From Isurus oxyrinchus (lineage: Eukaryota): 64,000 nucleotides of DNA. Position 1 is the first letter of the stretch. Each line of letters opens with the position of its first letter. A program made the position numbers and the translations under genes. The stretch spans positions 47,058,001-47,122,000 of the forward strand of contig JANJGN010000021.1 of assembly GCA_026770705.1 (NCBI GenBank). The letters run 5' to 3'. This document shows, in pieces, positions 37,154 to 50,420 of this stretch. The notes beneath the pieces were generated by a model. That model saw only the letters and a program-made list of their open reading frames with translations. It ran no database searches and was not told the origin of the DNA.

Positions 37154-38459
37154 AAATCCACTCATTTCCTTTTGTGAAAAATTATGAAACAAACCGACAT
37201 AATGACTGCTTGCCAAGCGAATGCACAATCTGGGGCAGATTCAGTCCTATTGTATTGTTTTTAGAATCCACCACCATGTCCTTTAAATTTGTTAACTCCA
37301 AACCAATTAGATAATATGCATGGCTAATGGATAAGATCAATCAGTGTTCAAATGAACATAGAGAAAGTGATTACAGCTAACCATGTGGAAGATAATTACA
37401 GCCAAGAAAGAATTAGCCAGAGTTGGAAATAGCTGGAGTGCCTGACAAAACATGGTCCACAATGTTCATGATTGTACTTTAGTTTATCAACAATATTACA
37501 TCATCCAGAAACCAAATCACAGTAGTGCATTAAAGTATTGTTCCAATGAATCCATAATTAACTATATTTTTACATTGTCTGTGTTTCTCGTTAGCGCAAG
37601 TGTTCAAATCTGCAACAGCACTTTTTTGTTCATTGTTGCTTAATTAATTCATAGTTAGGAAAGGAAATTATACAACTAATGGCTTCAGCAGCTGCAGGCA
37701 GTACACAGACTAGAGAAAGGAGAAAAATGAGGTACGGGGTACATTTTCTATGGAAAGAGATGCCTGACCAGCTACCAGTGCACATGGAGAAATATTCCAT
37801 CCATTGAATCCAGTGCACAACTGAAAAAACAGAAAGACAGTCATGGGTGAGAATGGGTGGAGAAGTTCAACATTGAGCTAGGGAGATATAGATCTTGGTT
37901 GAGGACAGAATGGAGATACTTAACAAAGTAATCATCTAATCTATACTTTGGCTCTGCAGTGCAGAGTGCAGTGCACAGTCAATAGTGAGCACATTATAAC
38001 AGATTGAAGGAGATAGATGTGGGTAGTGGGTGGGGTGATGTGTCATATTTGTCAAAGCCATTGCAGCCAGTAGTTGAATCAGATAGTCAATAGGACCATG
38101 CCGCATCCCATTCACTGAGGAACCCGCTTGAAGTTTAAGCCTTGCATAGTCCAGCCAAAATCTTTGCCATTGTAGAAGCTAGCACACTAGGAACTAGATT
38201 ATTTTGTTCATCACGGTCTCTAGTATTGTTTGATGTAAATATTTTTGTACATTAGCCCCATCTTCGTCACCAAAATCTGTTATATATTGAGAACTTGTAA
38301 AGAGAGACTGACACCAAGATGGCCAGATTACATGTTTAATAACGTTGTCATGTACTGGACGTGCTCATAGCATGAATACATTAAAAAAATTAAAAAGTGA
38401 AGCAGTGTAATAAACCACTTACAGGTATACAAACTCCAGCATATGACTTAAGAAATGAA

Positions 38460-38925
38460 TCACAGAATCTTTGTAGTGCAGAAGGAGGCCATTCCGCCCA
38501 TCGAGTCTGCACTGGCTCTCTGAAAGAGCATTCTACCTAGTCCCACTTCCCTGCCTTATCCCCGTAACCTTGCACATTCTTTCTTTTCAGATAGCAATCC
38601 AATTTGCTTTTAAATACCTCAATTGAACCAGCTTCCACCACCCTCTCAGGGAATTCATTCCAGGCTCCAACCACTCTCTGTGTGAAAAAAAGTTTCCTCA
38701 TCTCACTTTTACTCCTTTTGCCAATTATTTTGAATCTGTGCCCCCTAGTTCTTGATGCTTTCTTGAGTGGGAATAGTTTCTCATACCCCTCAGAATCTTG
38801 AATACTTCCATCAATTCTCCTCTCAACATTTTTTTCTCCAAGGAAGATATTCCCAACGTCTCCAATCTATCCTCATAGCTACAGTTCTTCATCCCTGGAA
38901 TCATTTTTGTGAATCTCCTCTGAAC
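38460..38925 (-). mobile_element. CR1 family 1 3' fragment
   Basis: The minus ORF reads RVQRRFTKMIPGMKNCSYEDRLETLGISSLEKKMLRGEL. The antisense tail is GAAGGAGGCCATTCCGCCCATCGAG. Confidence 0.85.
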
Positions 38926-38929
38926 TCTC

Positions 38930-39915
38930 ATAAACAAATAACCATGAATGCCAAATTTCAAAGGGAACAATAATTTATACTGCATGAGAAAAGAGGTGCT
39001 GATTGGTTGCAAGTCGGCTCTGATTGTTTTAAACATTGCCATGGTGAATGCACCAGGGGGCTATTGGCCCCATGGATGAATTCACTAATTGATTCTCTAT
39101 TCCTGTCTGCTGCAAACCTACCTTCACTGGTCAATATACACATTGGAATTCCTACAGCTCCGCGTGCTATTAAATAGGCCTTATTGGCAATCTCATATAT
39201 AGGGCCCAAGGCATTTGCTCAGTGTGCAAGCTTGATGCCAAAATCAGGCACATCAAAGCTATCCTACAGGATAATGGCTACCACAATCAGATTATTGCTT
39301 ACTGTGTATCACACATACTCACAGATGCACTCAAGGCTGTCATTCACTGAGAAGTGCCTGGTCTACCTAAAATTACCCTGGAAGGATAAAGTATCTCAAA
39401 CATTTAAGGAACAAGTGAAGTTAGCCATTTTATGCTGCTACTATGCAGTGGCAACATGAGTGGTGTTTTCCACTAAGAGGATGGTACCTTCAAACCAAAA
39501 AGACGTTCTGCCTACTACACAAGTGAGTAATATGGTATATGAATTTCAGTGCCAATGTGATGCCAGGCTATACATCCCAACAACTGGCAGATCAATTCAA
39601 AAAGCATTGTCCCTTTGGCTTTTTGCAATAGACAGAGTACTGACTGTACGCAACAAACTGGTTTTTGCAAAACTCAGAGCAGAATGTGCAATGTTAGATG
39701 TAATTCCACAATTGGAGAGCACTTACTGAACAATCTATATGTGCTAAGAATTTGACTAACAGCCAATTTAAGATTATCAGTTGGGCTCGCAATCTAACTC
39801 ACTTACGCTTGCTACAAGTTACATATATTCATATGCAGGGGTCTGTCCTCTTCAGGCAAAAGGAATATGTCCAGACATTGCACCTTTTCTTAAATAAACA
39901 AAAACATAGGAGGAC
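38930..39915 (+). mobile_element. Second Penelope-like family: thumb/GIY-YIG remnant with an inverted promoter-like segment at its 5' side
   Basis: Fragments read VYLKLPWKDKVSQ, KDVLPTTQVSNMVYEFQCQCDAR and FKIISWARN..HLRLLQ. The segment 38930-39070 reads CAATCAG..CCAATCAG..TATAAA on the minus strand. Confidence 0.7.
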
Positions 39916-39934
39916 AATTGCTCTTCTTCATACA

Positions 39935-40012
39935 GATTCGAAATGTTAACTCTGTTTCTCTCTCCACAGGCGCTGCCAGATCTGTAGAGTTTTTTCAGCA
40001 TTTTCTTAATTT
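39935..40012 (+). mobile_element. Penelope terminal fragment
   Basis: Reads GATTCGAAATGTTAACTCTGTTTCTCTCTCCACAGGCGCTGCCAGA. Confidence 0.7.
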
Positions 40013-40184
40013 TATCTCATCTTAGTCTATCCCCTTACTCCAATGGCACTCATCTGAACATCTCAACTTGTTCCACCCATCTTGCCTCTCATTTAAAATA
40101 CCAACTACCATGACAATTTTCTTAATGAGCTAACGTGATTGCTTTCCTCTCTGAACATCCACACCCAGCAGCTTCTCATCCTAG

Positions 40185-40520
40185 AGGCAGAATTTTATGT
40201 TCCCCAGCGGGTTTGTAGGTGGGGGGGGGGTAACTGTAAAATTTTCAGAGGGCTTCCCACCGGGTTCCTGCCCATCCTGACCTCTCCGCAATTTTATGCT
40301 GGACAAGGCCTAGGCCAACCTGCCTGCCTTTGCCTCAATTGAGGCCCTTAATTGGCCAATTATTGACCACTTAAAGGCCCTTTCCCACCCAGCCCCAAAT
40401 TTCAGGCCGATGGGAGGAGTTCCGGGGTAGAGGGGCAGCCTGAAAACTAAGCCTGTTCAGGCCTTGGGCAGGAAGGTTGGGGTGGTAGTGGTGGGGGGAC
40501 TCCATCAGCAGCCTCCTCAG
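40185..40520. mobile_element. Harbinger-type MITE left part
   Basis: Starts AGGCAGAATTTT. It has the GGCCCTTAATTGGCCAATT internal motif shared with other MITEs. Confidence 0.55.
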
Positions 40521-42442
40521 AGGAAGGTGAAGAATAGGTGGAAATGAGAAGCATAATAAGGATGATAGTTGGAAGCAACAGCAACAACATAATAATTGTT
40601 TTGGAGGAAGAAGTCAGGAAAATTGGCATGATATCTAGCACCCTCTGGGTTTCATAACAGCATTTTTTATCTGGTGGAATTAACTGGAGTTAAACAAGAA
40701 CTTGTTAAGGGAAAGAGCAAGTCTAGTCAAACATAGAAAGGTTGTAGTGGAGAAAGATTGGTTGGGACCCAATTAAGTTTTTGAAGTAAAGGGCATGAAT
40801 GTTCTAATGGAGTGGACTGGAGACATAGAAGAACTGGGCATTCATGGTAACGAGGAAACTGTATTGTGTGAATAACCTGAAACCTTCAATAAGGTGAAGG
40901 ATATCAGAAGACATGTGGATTTAGGTAGGTGGAGAAGGTAGAACAAGATAGCAAGCTAGAGCTGAGGTAAGAGGAGACAAGCTCAAATGGACAGCAACAG
41001 ACTTAACTGGAGGATCTGCTGGGACATCCCTGAGCCATCATCGGGAGCAGGCAGAATTGTAATCAATAAGTGCTGTGGCATTTGGTTGGTCTTTGTGGCT
41101 TATATCCACAGTTTGTGTATTACTTTTTCCAACTGCACACACTCAGTACATCAGACATATTGAAAATGCTGAGATCTAACTGAGTGTGGTGCTCTTATTG
41201 ATTCAGCTTGAGGAAATTTGGCAATGTGATTCACATAACTGATGCTTTCGTAAGGCAATCCATTACTGAAATTAAAGTGGAATACAATGGCTTCAAATTA
41301 CTGATCAAAAAAAGGTTATTATTCAACTAAACAATGGATAATTACCGCACATCTCATGAACATGTCATTTTCTGGATTAAAGTTCATTTCAACAGAATAT
41401 ACAATATTTAACTTATTCGTTACATGTGGGGTAGCCTCAGCTAAATAAAGCTTTACCTGTTTGTGACTTCTAAGTTATAGCTCAAATACACTTCAAAAAT
41501 CAATCCTTATTTCACAGCTCATTAATATCCAAACGTATCCTGTGCTGATTGCAATTAAGGTGATGACAAGCAGACAGACTTGAGGTTTTCTATTAGCAAT
41601 TTCCACAGTCATAATTTACCAGGTAATTGTCCGATAAATACTTCATGCCGTCATTAGGATGAGCAGGTGTTTTGCAGCAATCCAGCAAAAGTGAGCAGAG
41701 GCTTTGTCAGTGATTAGTGAGGGGGAAGAGAAGTTTTGTGCTAAAGAAATTCCAGTCACAGTGTATTAAGAGATTGGAAATCAGTGGAAGGAATGTCCCC
41801 TGAGTGCGCAATGGATGATCCTTGAAGTTGTTTCTTCTCCCATTCTGAGAGAAAATGTTATGACCTAGTGTTAAATTAGATCACCTTCAAAATGGTCCCA
41901 ACATGAAAAATGAGCTCGAAGAGAATGAGTTATGGTCTTTCTGCAGGACCACCCAGATGTTATTTTAACCATTGCTTTCTCTCTTTTTATGGCACTAACA
42001 AATATTCACAAGATGTTTGGGGACTACAACATGATGTTAGGCTCTGTTTCTTTTAAAGAAAAGCTATCATTATCCACCATTGTAATAATAGTGTGGAATC
42101 ATGGCAAGGGATCAGGTTTAGGAAGGTTAATATTTGGTAAAAGCAAAACTAGGAACAATGTTTTTGGTGTGTATTCATTGGTGTGATTTTTACAATGTGG
42201 CAGAACAAATGCACCTTTCCCCTATTTTGATCACCATTTCAAATATAAATCAAGCTTAAGGACTGAGCATCTGTTTTCATATTGGTTCAAAATATTAGTG
42301 TATTTTGTAACTAATTTGTATCACTGAATATTTTATTATGCAGACGATTTAACTATTGCTTTATGCTTACATAATAACTGCATAACAACATTATAACAGT
42401 CACAATTTTCAAAGTAATGGACTCTGTGAAGTGTTTGGAAAC

Positions 42443-43848
42443 TATTTAAAAAGGGAGGTAGAGAGAAAGCAGGGACTTATAGACCAGTCAGCCTGACGTC
42501 GGTAGTGGTGAAAATTCTAGAGTCCATTATAAAAGTTTTAATAGCTGAGCACTTGGAAAACAGTGGCAGAATTGGACAGAGTCAGCATGGATTTACGAAA
42601 AGGAAAACACACTTGACAAATCTACTGGAATTTTTCGAGAATGTTACTAGGAGAGTTGATGAGGGGGAGCCAGTGGATGTGGTTTATTTGGACTTTCAGA
42701 AGGCTTTCAACAAAGTCCCACGTAAGAGATTAGCGTGTAAAATTAAAGCGCATGGGATTGGGGATTGTGTATTGAGATGGATAGAAAACTGGTTGGCAGA
42801 CAGGAAACAAAGAGTAGGAATAAACGGGTCTTTTTCCGAATGGCAGGCAGTGACTAGTGAGGTACCGCAGGGTTCGGTGCTGGGACCCCAGCTATTCACA
42901 ATATATATTCATGATTTAGATGAGGGAACTAAATGTAATATCTCCAAATGACACAAAGCTGGGTGGGAGGGTAAGCTGTGAGGAGGATGCAGAGATACTT
43001 CAGTGTGATTTGGACAAGCAGAGTGAGTGGGCAAATGCATGGCAGATGCAGTATAATGTGGACAAATATGAGGTTATCCACTTTGGTAGCAAAAACAGGA
43101 AGACAGATTATTACCTGAATGACTATAAATTGAGAGAGGGGAATGTGCAACCAGACTTGGGTGTCCTTGTACACCAGTCGCTGAAGGTAAGAATGCAGGT
43201 GCAGCAGGCGGTCAAGAAGGCAAATGGTATGTTGGCCTTCATAGCCAGAGGATTCAAGTACAGGAGCAGGGATGTCTTGCTGTAGTTATGCAGGGCTTTG
43301 GTGAGACCGCACCTGGAATATTGCATGCAGTTTTGGTCTCCTTATCTGAGGAAGGATGTTCTTGCTGTAGAGGGAGTGCAGCGAAGGTTTACCAGACTGA
43401 TTCCTGGGATGGCAGGACTGACATATGAGGAGAGATTGAGTTGTTTAGGATTATATTCGCTGGAGTTCAGAAGAATGAGGGGGGATCTCATAGAAACCTA
43501 TAAAATTCTAACAGGACTAGACAGGGTAGATGCAGGCAGGATGTTCCCAATGGTGGGGGAGTCCAGAACCAGGAGTCACAGCCTGAGGATATGGGGTAAA
43601 CCATTTAGGACTGAGATGAAGAGAAATTTCTTCACCCAGAGAGCGGTGAGCCTGTGGAATTCGCTACCACAGAAAGTAGTTGAGGCCAAAACATTGTATG
43701 TTTTCAAAAAGGAGTTAGATATAGCTCTTGGGGCGAAAGAGATCAAAGGATATGGGGAGAAAGCGGGAGCAGGCTATTGAGTTGGATGATCGAAGCAGGC
43801 TCGAAGGCTGAATGACCTACTCCTGCTCCTATTTTCTATGTTTCTATG
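42443..43848 (+). mobile_element. CR1 family 1 LINE, best-preserved copy (5'-truncated RT and tail)
   Basis: ORFs 42505-42951, 42920-43285 and 43298-43780 read [35 protein letters not shown] and VRPHLEYC. A small deletion removes part of FADD near 42948. The tail is ..TTTCTATGTTTCTATG. Confidence 0.95.
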
Positions 43849-45973
43849 AAACAGGCTAGTATGATATGGCAGTATATAAATATACATCACATTTGCTTTA
43901 TTATTTATCATCATTAATGTCGGTAACTCCCTACTTTGGGCAGAGTATTGGTATTGAATGGCAGAGTATTGAGTCACTAATCCACTGCACTACAGGTGAC
44001 TTAAAGATTCAATTTCTCCCACTTTGTTCCATTTCCAATCATGGTTACATTGTTGTACAGCAAAATCCATTGAGAGCTAGCACTTCCCAACAGGGATAGA
44101 GGATATCAGGATAGAGGATATCAGGAAGAAAGTTATTCTGTGTGCCATCATACACAGCCTGTCAGAGCTGGTATATGGAAGAAGGCTCTCAGTTTTCTGT
44201 TCAATCACAACCATCAAGAAGCTGGAGGAAATGAGTGGAAAGAAACAATAAAAGAGGATGGACTTTTCCCTCCCTCGAAAAGCATGAGAGTATTAATTGT
44301 GTATGACAAGGCTCCCAGTGCTTGATAATGTGCAGGTTAAAGAATTGGGTTGAGTTCAGTAATTCCAATTTACAGTGATCTTGAGTTTCAGCTGATTAAT
44401 GGCTGATAATTTCAGGTTAGTGCTAATTGGCTGCACTACACCCCCTCCTCTCTCTCGTCTGATCCTCCGATTCGCCCTTGCTCCGAGCAAGGCTCTCCCC
44501 TAGGAATGGAATGTCGTATAAACTATCCTCCAGAGTAAACGTTACTCCGCAAGAATATTTAAAGTAACCTTTAGCACATCTGAGCCAATCTATTAAGCAG
44601 GGTTATCACACACTGAAAACATCTATTATCAGGGCTCAGAATTGATACAAAGCCTTAAAAAGTGTATGATTGTTCTTTAACCATCTCCTCTATATAACAT
44701 TCAAATAAAGTAAGTTAAAATGATCTGTGATGTCCAAATATCAATTGAAATTTCACAAGAAAAGATTCACAAGATTCAGGAGACAAAATAGGGAAGGTGG
44801 CATGAGTGTGACAGAAAAAGATAAAAAGTAGATTTTCACATTCGCTGCTTGCATGGGAATTTGACAAGTGGATGTACAGAACAGGGGGGTTCTAAAGGGC
44901 AGAGAAATCACTACCCTAGATTAATGTCCAGATGGTGAAGATGAAAATCTTATCTGGGAACTGTTAGGCAAGTAAGAAGTCATATAACTCAGGTCTATGT
45001 TTGCTTCTTTCAATTATATTGATTCTTTTGTACCCTTTTAACTAGTGACAAAGAGTTTTGTTGAAAGCTTAGTGATTATGTAGTCTACTTGAATAATTTT
45101 GAACAATGTATCTTGACCAGAATTAATATTAGTGAGGTTGACCAGTACTGGATCTTTATTAACAAAGCTCTTTGGAGGAATGCTTAGCATTATAATAGGA
45201 TTGTGTATTAGGGTAAGTTAGCCATTAAGACACAATGATAATGTAAATTAACATGTAAATAAACAATTTCGCTGCAGTCTTGAGTCCATGGATTATTCTG
45301 CCTGTTAGTACCTTGTCATGGAATCAATATGTGATTGACAATTTGAATGTCAGTCATAACTACTGTGAAGAATGGTGCCTTTCATTCTGCAGGAACTTCT
45401 TGTGTAGGTAATATTAATGATTAATCAATTGAGTCTCAATGAGTCTTGTTTTTTTTTGTACCTTGCAAAGCTCTGTGGCACATTTCCATGACTGCACAGT
45501 GCAACTTGTCAGCAACTAAACTATTGGTTCCATTGAAATTGTCATTTTTTTAAGCTCTTCATGTATCCTAATCCTCCCTAGAGATGGAGTAAAAGAACTG
45601 ACTGCAGTTTGTGAATTGGGGACTCTAATTGAGTCCTTAAGGATAACAACTACACGAAAGACAACTTGAACCACAATCATTGTTCTTGCTGTCAATGTGT
45701 CCATCCAACTGATAATGTGCTGCTCTGGAACCATGTTTGATTTCACACTATGATGATAGTTGACAGCTTGTCCGACTAATGTTTCAATATCTTCTGAGTT
45801 CCAAACTATATGCAAAAGAATTCAATGACTTGTATTCAAATATTGAGTGCAGGAGTATGCTTTGTAGCTGATTGCAAAGAACAGACCAGCATTCAAATTC
45901 CTGACAGTCAAACCTTTCATTATTTAGATCCTGAATGCTCCTTTTGTTTTATGCTTTTCCTCATCTGTTTCAT

Positions 45974-46705
45974 GGCCAGCATTTTCCGGTTGGCGAGCAG
46001 GGGCGGGGCCCGCTCACCGACGCGTAACATGACACGGGGTGACGTCAGGCATGTGTCCTGATGTCACCCCACGTCATTCAAATTGTCAGTTCGGCAGGAG
46101 CACATCCGAGTTAGATGCGCGCCCGCCGACCTGTCTAAAGCCAATTAAGGCCATTAAAAAGCCAAGTCATTAATGGCAAAACAAAACTCAGCAGGTCTGG
46201 CAGTCATTAATGGACCTGCCCGTCCAACCTTACGGTTGGCAGGCAGGCAGGGAGCCCAGGCGGGCTTGTGAAAATACAATAAACGTCATCCACGTGTGGG
46301 ATGAGGTTTCATGAGTGATTTTAAAAATGCAGAATATTTTACAATGAAAGTTATGGACATGTCCCAGCTCATATGACAGTGTCACATGAGGGGAAATGGT
46401 AGGGAGATTTTCTTCTAAACTTTATTGAAAGTTTTAAATCGGTGCCAATCTCCCTGAGGCAGCACTTTGCCTCAGGGAGATGTGTGCGCTCTTTTGCACG
46501 CATGCACAAAACAGCAGAGTCCCGGCTGAGGGAATTCTGCCCCCACCCCCCCGTGCCCACCCAGGGAGCGCTTGCCCTTAATTGGCCCGTCCACGTAAAA
46601 TGGCAGCGCGCCCCCAATTGGGGGCGTCGATAGGAAGCGCGCCCGCTCGCACCCACTCCCACACTCCCCCCCCCACCTCCGACGGGCAGTTCAGGGTAAT
46701 TTGGA
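45974..46705. mobile_element. CpG-rich Harbinger-type MITE
   Basis: Starts GGCCAGCATTTTCCG and is homologous to 7565-7708. It has an internal hairpin ATCTCCCTGAGGCA-GCACTT-TGCCTCAGGGAGAT at ~46448-46481. Confidence 0.65.
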
Positions 46706-47329
46706 CAAGGACTTCTTCATGAAAATATACAAATGATGAGCAGAAGAAAGACTAGTTACTTTGTCAAACTTGTCCGACACCTACAGTGTGTGGACCATCA
46801 TGATGATGGTCTCCCCCCCACCCCAGCCCTCCAACAACACTCACATGATCTCCTGGCAGAACAACAAAAACAGAAAATAAACTCAGGGAACTATAAGAAA
46901 ATTTGGAAAATTCCTCTCCAATCTTTACAAATGAATGAAACCAGTCCAACAGATCATATAGACCTTGCATAAATTAACCTTTAAAGCTAGTTCTGTTTTA
47001 TATGATGCAATCTGATCTGAGGCATGTTTCTCTGAAAAGATAACTTAGTTTTTCCTTCTCTTCTGACCTCTCCACACCTCAACCCCCAATATAGAGTACT
47101 AACAGTTCAACTACTGATTAGAATGGAAGATTTGAACCTCAGTTGTGTGTTGGATTCAAACAGTCTGCATTAGAGTTCAACCACTCATCCTGAACTTCAC
47201 TAGGTTTATTGAAGCTTCAGAAGCAGTATCTGTGGTTAATTATTTTGTATTGTCATTCTTGCCATTCCCAAAATAATCATTCACAATCTTCAACCAAATG
47301 TTGTCATTTACCAAAGTTGTGAAAGATCA

Positions 47330-47992
47330 ATATCCAGGGGTTACCATTGATCAGAAACTGAACTGGGCTAGTCATATAAATACTGCGGCTACAAGACCAG
47401 AGACTAGGAATCCTGTGGCCAGTAACTCACCTCCTGACTTCCCAATGCTTGTCCACCATCTACAAGGCACAAGTCAGGAGTGTGATGGAATACTCTCCAC
47501 TTGCCTGGATGAGTGCAGCTTCCACAACACTCAAGAAGCTTGGCATCATCCAGGACAAAGCAGCCCACTTGATTGGCACTCTATCCACAAACATTAACTC
47601 CCTCCTTCAATGATGCACAGTAGCAGCAGTGTGTACCTTCCTCAAGATGCACTGCAGGAACTCACCAAGGCTCCTTAGACAGCACCTTCCAAACCCACAG
47701 CCACCACCGTCTAGAAGGAGAAGGGCAGCAGTTAGATGGGAGCACAACCACTTGGAAATTCCCCTCCAAGCCACTCACCATCCTGACTTGGAAATATATC
47801 GCCGTTCCTTCACTGTCACTGGATCAAAATCTTAGAATTCCCTCCCTAACGGCACTATGAGTGTACTGACACCACAGAGACTGCAGCAGTTCAAGAAAGC
47901 AGCTCACCACCACCTTCTCAAGGGAAGTTAGGGATGGCCAATAAATGCTGGCCTCGCTAGTGATGCCCACATCCTGTGAACGAATAAAAAAG
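47330..47992 (+). mobile_element. CR1/L2-group family 2 3' fragment
   Basis: Encodes GVTIDQKLNW and is colinear with 5215-5890. Confidence 0.9.
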
Positions 47993-48154
47993 GTATAGCT
48001 TTATGAGCTGCCGAGCCTTCTTCCTTTAGTTCCTCCTTAAACCCACCTTTGGTCACCGTCCTTGGCTCGATGAAAAACCTGGAGAATTATGAATTCAAAA
48101 GGAGCAAGACTGATCCTCTTGGATCTATGAAACATTTGCGGGCAATTGCCAGTC

Positions 48155-49400
48155 ACGGAACAAGAGTAGGCCATTTAGCCCCTCGAGTATTTTCCAGCAT
48201 TTAGTGAGATCGTGGCTGATCCATGACCGAACTCCTTGCCCCAAACCTTTCAAATCTGTGATTAACAAAAATCTATCAATCTCAGATTTAAAATTAACAA
48301 CTGACCTAGCATCAATTGCCCTTTGGGAACGAGATTTTCAATGTTCTGCTAAACTTTGCATTTGGAATTTTATCCTAACTCCTATACTGAAAGGTTGAGC
48401 TCTAATTTTCAGACTACAACCAATACTAAACTCCCCAAACAATGGAAATGGTTTCTCCCAATCTGTCCTATCATTTCTCCTTAATATCTTGAATCAAATT
48501 ACCCCTAACTTTTCAAATTCTAGGAAATACAACTCTGGTTTGTAATTTAACCCTTGAGGTCCAGGTATCATTTTGATAAATGTACTCTGTACTCCTTCTA
48601 AGCTGTGATTCCCAGAACTGGTCACAGCATTCCAGGCTTTTTATAGATGAAGTTTGACTTCTAACAATGACCTCTAGATGTAAAGGCATGTGTTACTTTA
48701 GCCTTTTAGATTGCTTTCTGTACCTATTTGTGACATATTAATTATCTATGTAACTGGATCTGAAGTGTCTTTGGACCTCCACTATTTCTAGCTTTTCACC
48801 ATTACCCTGTTCTATCCTTTATAGGGTTAAAGTGAATGACCACACATTTGTCTACACTGAAATCCATTTATCACAGTTTTGCACATTCACTTAATTTATC
48901 AATATGTCCTTGTAATTTTATGCCTCCATCTGCACTACCTTCTATCTGACCACAACCTATCTTTGTGTTTTCAGGAAAGTGGCTTTTTTTCCCCATCATC
49001 TAAGTCATTAATAAATGCAATGAGTGATTGAGGCCCCAACACAAATCCTTGCATAGTGCCACTAGTCACATTCTGCCAATTAGAGTACTGGTCCATTATC
49101 CCTACTTTCGGTCTCCTCTGCTCAGCCAAGTTATTCCCAGGTCAATAATTTGCCTTCAATTCCATGATCTTCAACTTTCGCTAACACTATCTTATATGGG
49201 ACTTTATCAAATACCCTCTGATACTCTATAGAAAGAATGTCCGCAGGCATCACCCTGTCAACTACTTTAGTCACCTCTTCAAAACAATCAGTCTAGTTTG
49301 TCAGGCATTGCCTGCACTTTACAAGTCCATGCTGCCTCTCACTGATCAGCTGAAAAGTTTCAAGGTAATCAGGCACTTCATCCTTAATTATAAACTCTAT
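48155..49400 (-). mobile_element. Decayed CR1 family 1
   Basis: Antisense tail GGAACAAGAGTAGGCCATTTAGCCCCTCGAG followed by antisense RT-like sequence. Confidence 0.75.
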
Positions 49401-49451
49401 TAATACATCTCATAAGGCATCTGCATCTTGGATGATTGATTTTGATAAAGA

Positions 49452-49885
49452 AGAAATAAAGGCTTGCATTTATACAGCACCGCTTACAAGCTCGGGAAGT
49501 CCAATAACCCTTCACATCTGTTTTAGTACATTTGAAGTGTGGTCACTATTTAATATAGGAAACATGGTACTCAATTTGCACTCAGCACGTTCCCACAAAC
49601 AGTAATAAGATAATGATGTTGGTTGAGAGGTAAATGTTGATTGGGACACCAGAAGGATCTCCACTGCTTTTTTTTGAAATAAAGCCTCAGGATCCTTTAT
49701 GTGCACCTGAGAGGATAGACAGGCCGCTTTTTAAATATCTTATTCAAAAGATGGCACCTTTGATAGTGTAATATTCCCCCACTGGAATGTCAGCCTGGAT
49801 TATGTGCTCAAGTTTCCTGAATAGGAGTTGAACCCATGACTTCCTGACTCAGGAGCAAGAATGTTACCACTGAGCCATGGCTGAT
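49452..49885 (-). mobile_element. DeuSINE/SacSINE1-like SINE, near full length
   Basis: The minus strand has A box TGGCTCAGTGG, B box GGTTCAACTCC, the Deu core and the tail GCTGTATAAATGCAAG. Confidence 0.8.
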
Positions 49886-50119
49886 GCTGTATGTTGCCAA
49901 AATTGTGCCCAATTTAATGTGAATAAAATAAGGCCCCTCTGCATTGGATTGAATATGTACTGTTTACAAACTTCATATTGTGGTTCAAATTTACCCTGGT
50001 AATTAAGTCTGCCTGCGGTTCATTTGCCTGAATTACTGCATAAAAATTTTGCAAGTAGCATTCAGCAGAAAGTTACTGTATGGAACTAAGCTAAAACAGT
50101 GAAAGTCTCTCAAGACACA

Positions 50120-50420
50120 ATAACACCTTACATTTATAATGAGCCTTTGACGTAGTAAAACATTCCAAGGTGCTTCACAAAAGTCTAATCAGACAGAAAT
50201 TGACACAAAGCCAAAGATGGAAATATTAGAACACATGAGCAAATGCTTGGTCAAAAAGGTTGGCCTTAAAGGAGAAGAAAGAAGTGCTGAGGTGGAAAGC
50301 TTTGGGGTGTGAAATCCAGAGCTAAGGACCTAGATAGTTGTCACGGTCACCAATGATGGTGTGTAGGAAGTGGGAAATGTGCAAGAAACCAGAGTTCTGA
50401 GAGGGTTGTAAGGTGGGACT
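50120..50420 (-). mobile_element. L2 3' end
   Basis: Matches 8820-8955 and 13030-13200. Confidence 0.7.

Noticed and set aside
42505-43780. Functional reverse transcriptase gene
   Set aside because: It is 5'-truncated, frameshifted at the FADD motif and has an in-frame stop, so it is a dead CR1 copy.
44093-44125. Short tandem duplications (also 28883-28918 and 54218-54265)
   Set aside because: Two-copy slippage duplications of 15-24 bp with no sign of function.
45750-45798. C/D box snoRNA (ATGATGA...CTGA)
   Set aside because: Only ~48 nt from box C to box D, with no convincing terminal stem or C' box.
45516-45815. 99-aa minus-strand ORF as a host exon
   Set aside because: No recognisable domain or clear splice signals; the length is compatible with chance.
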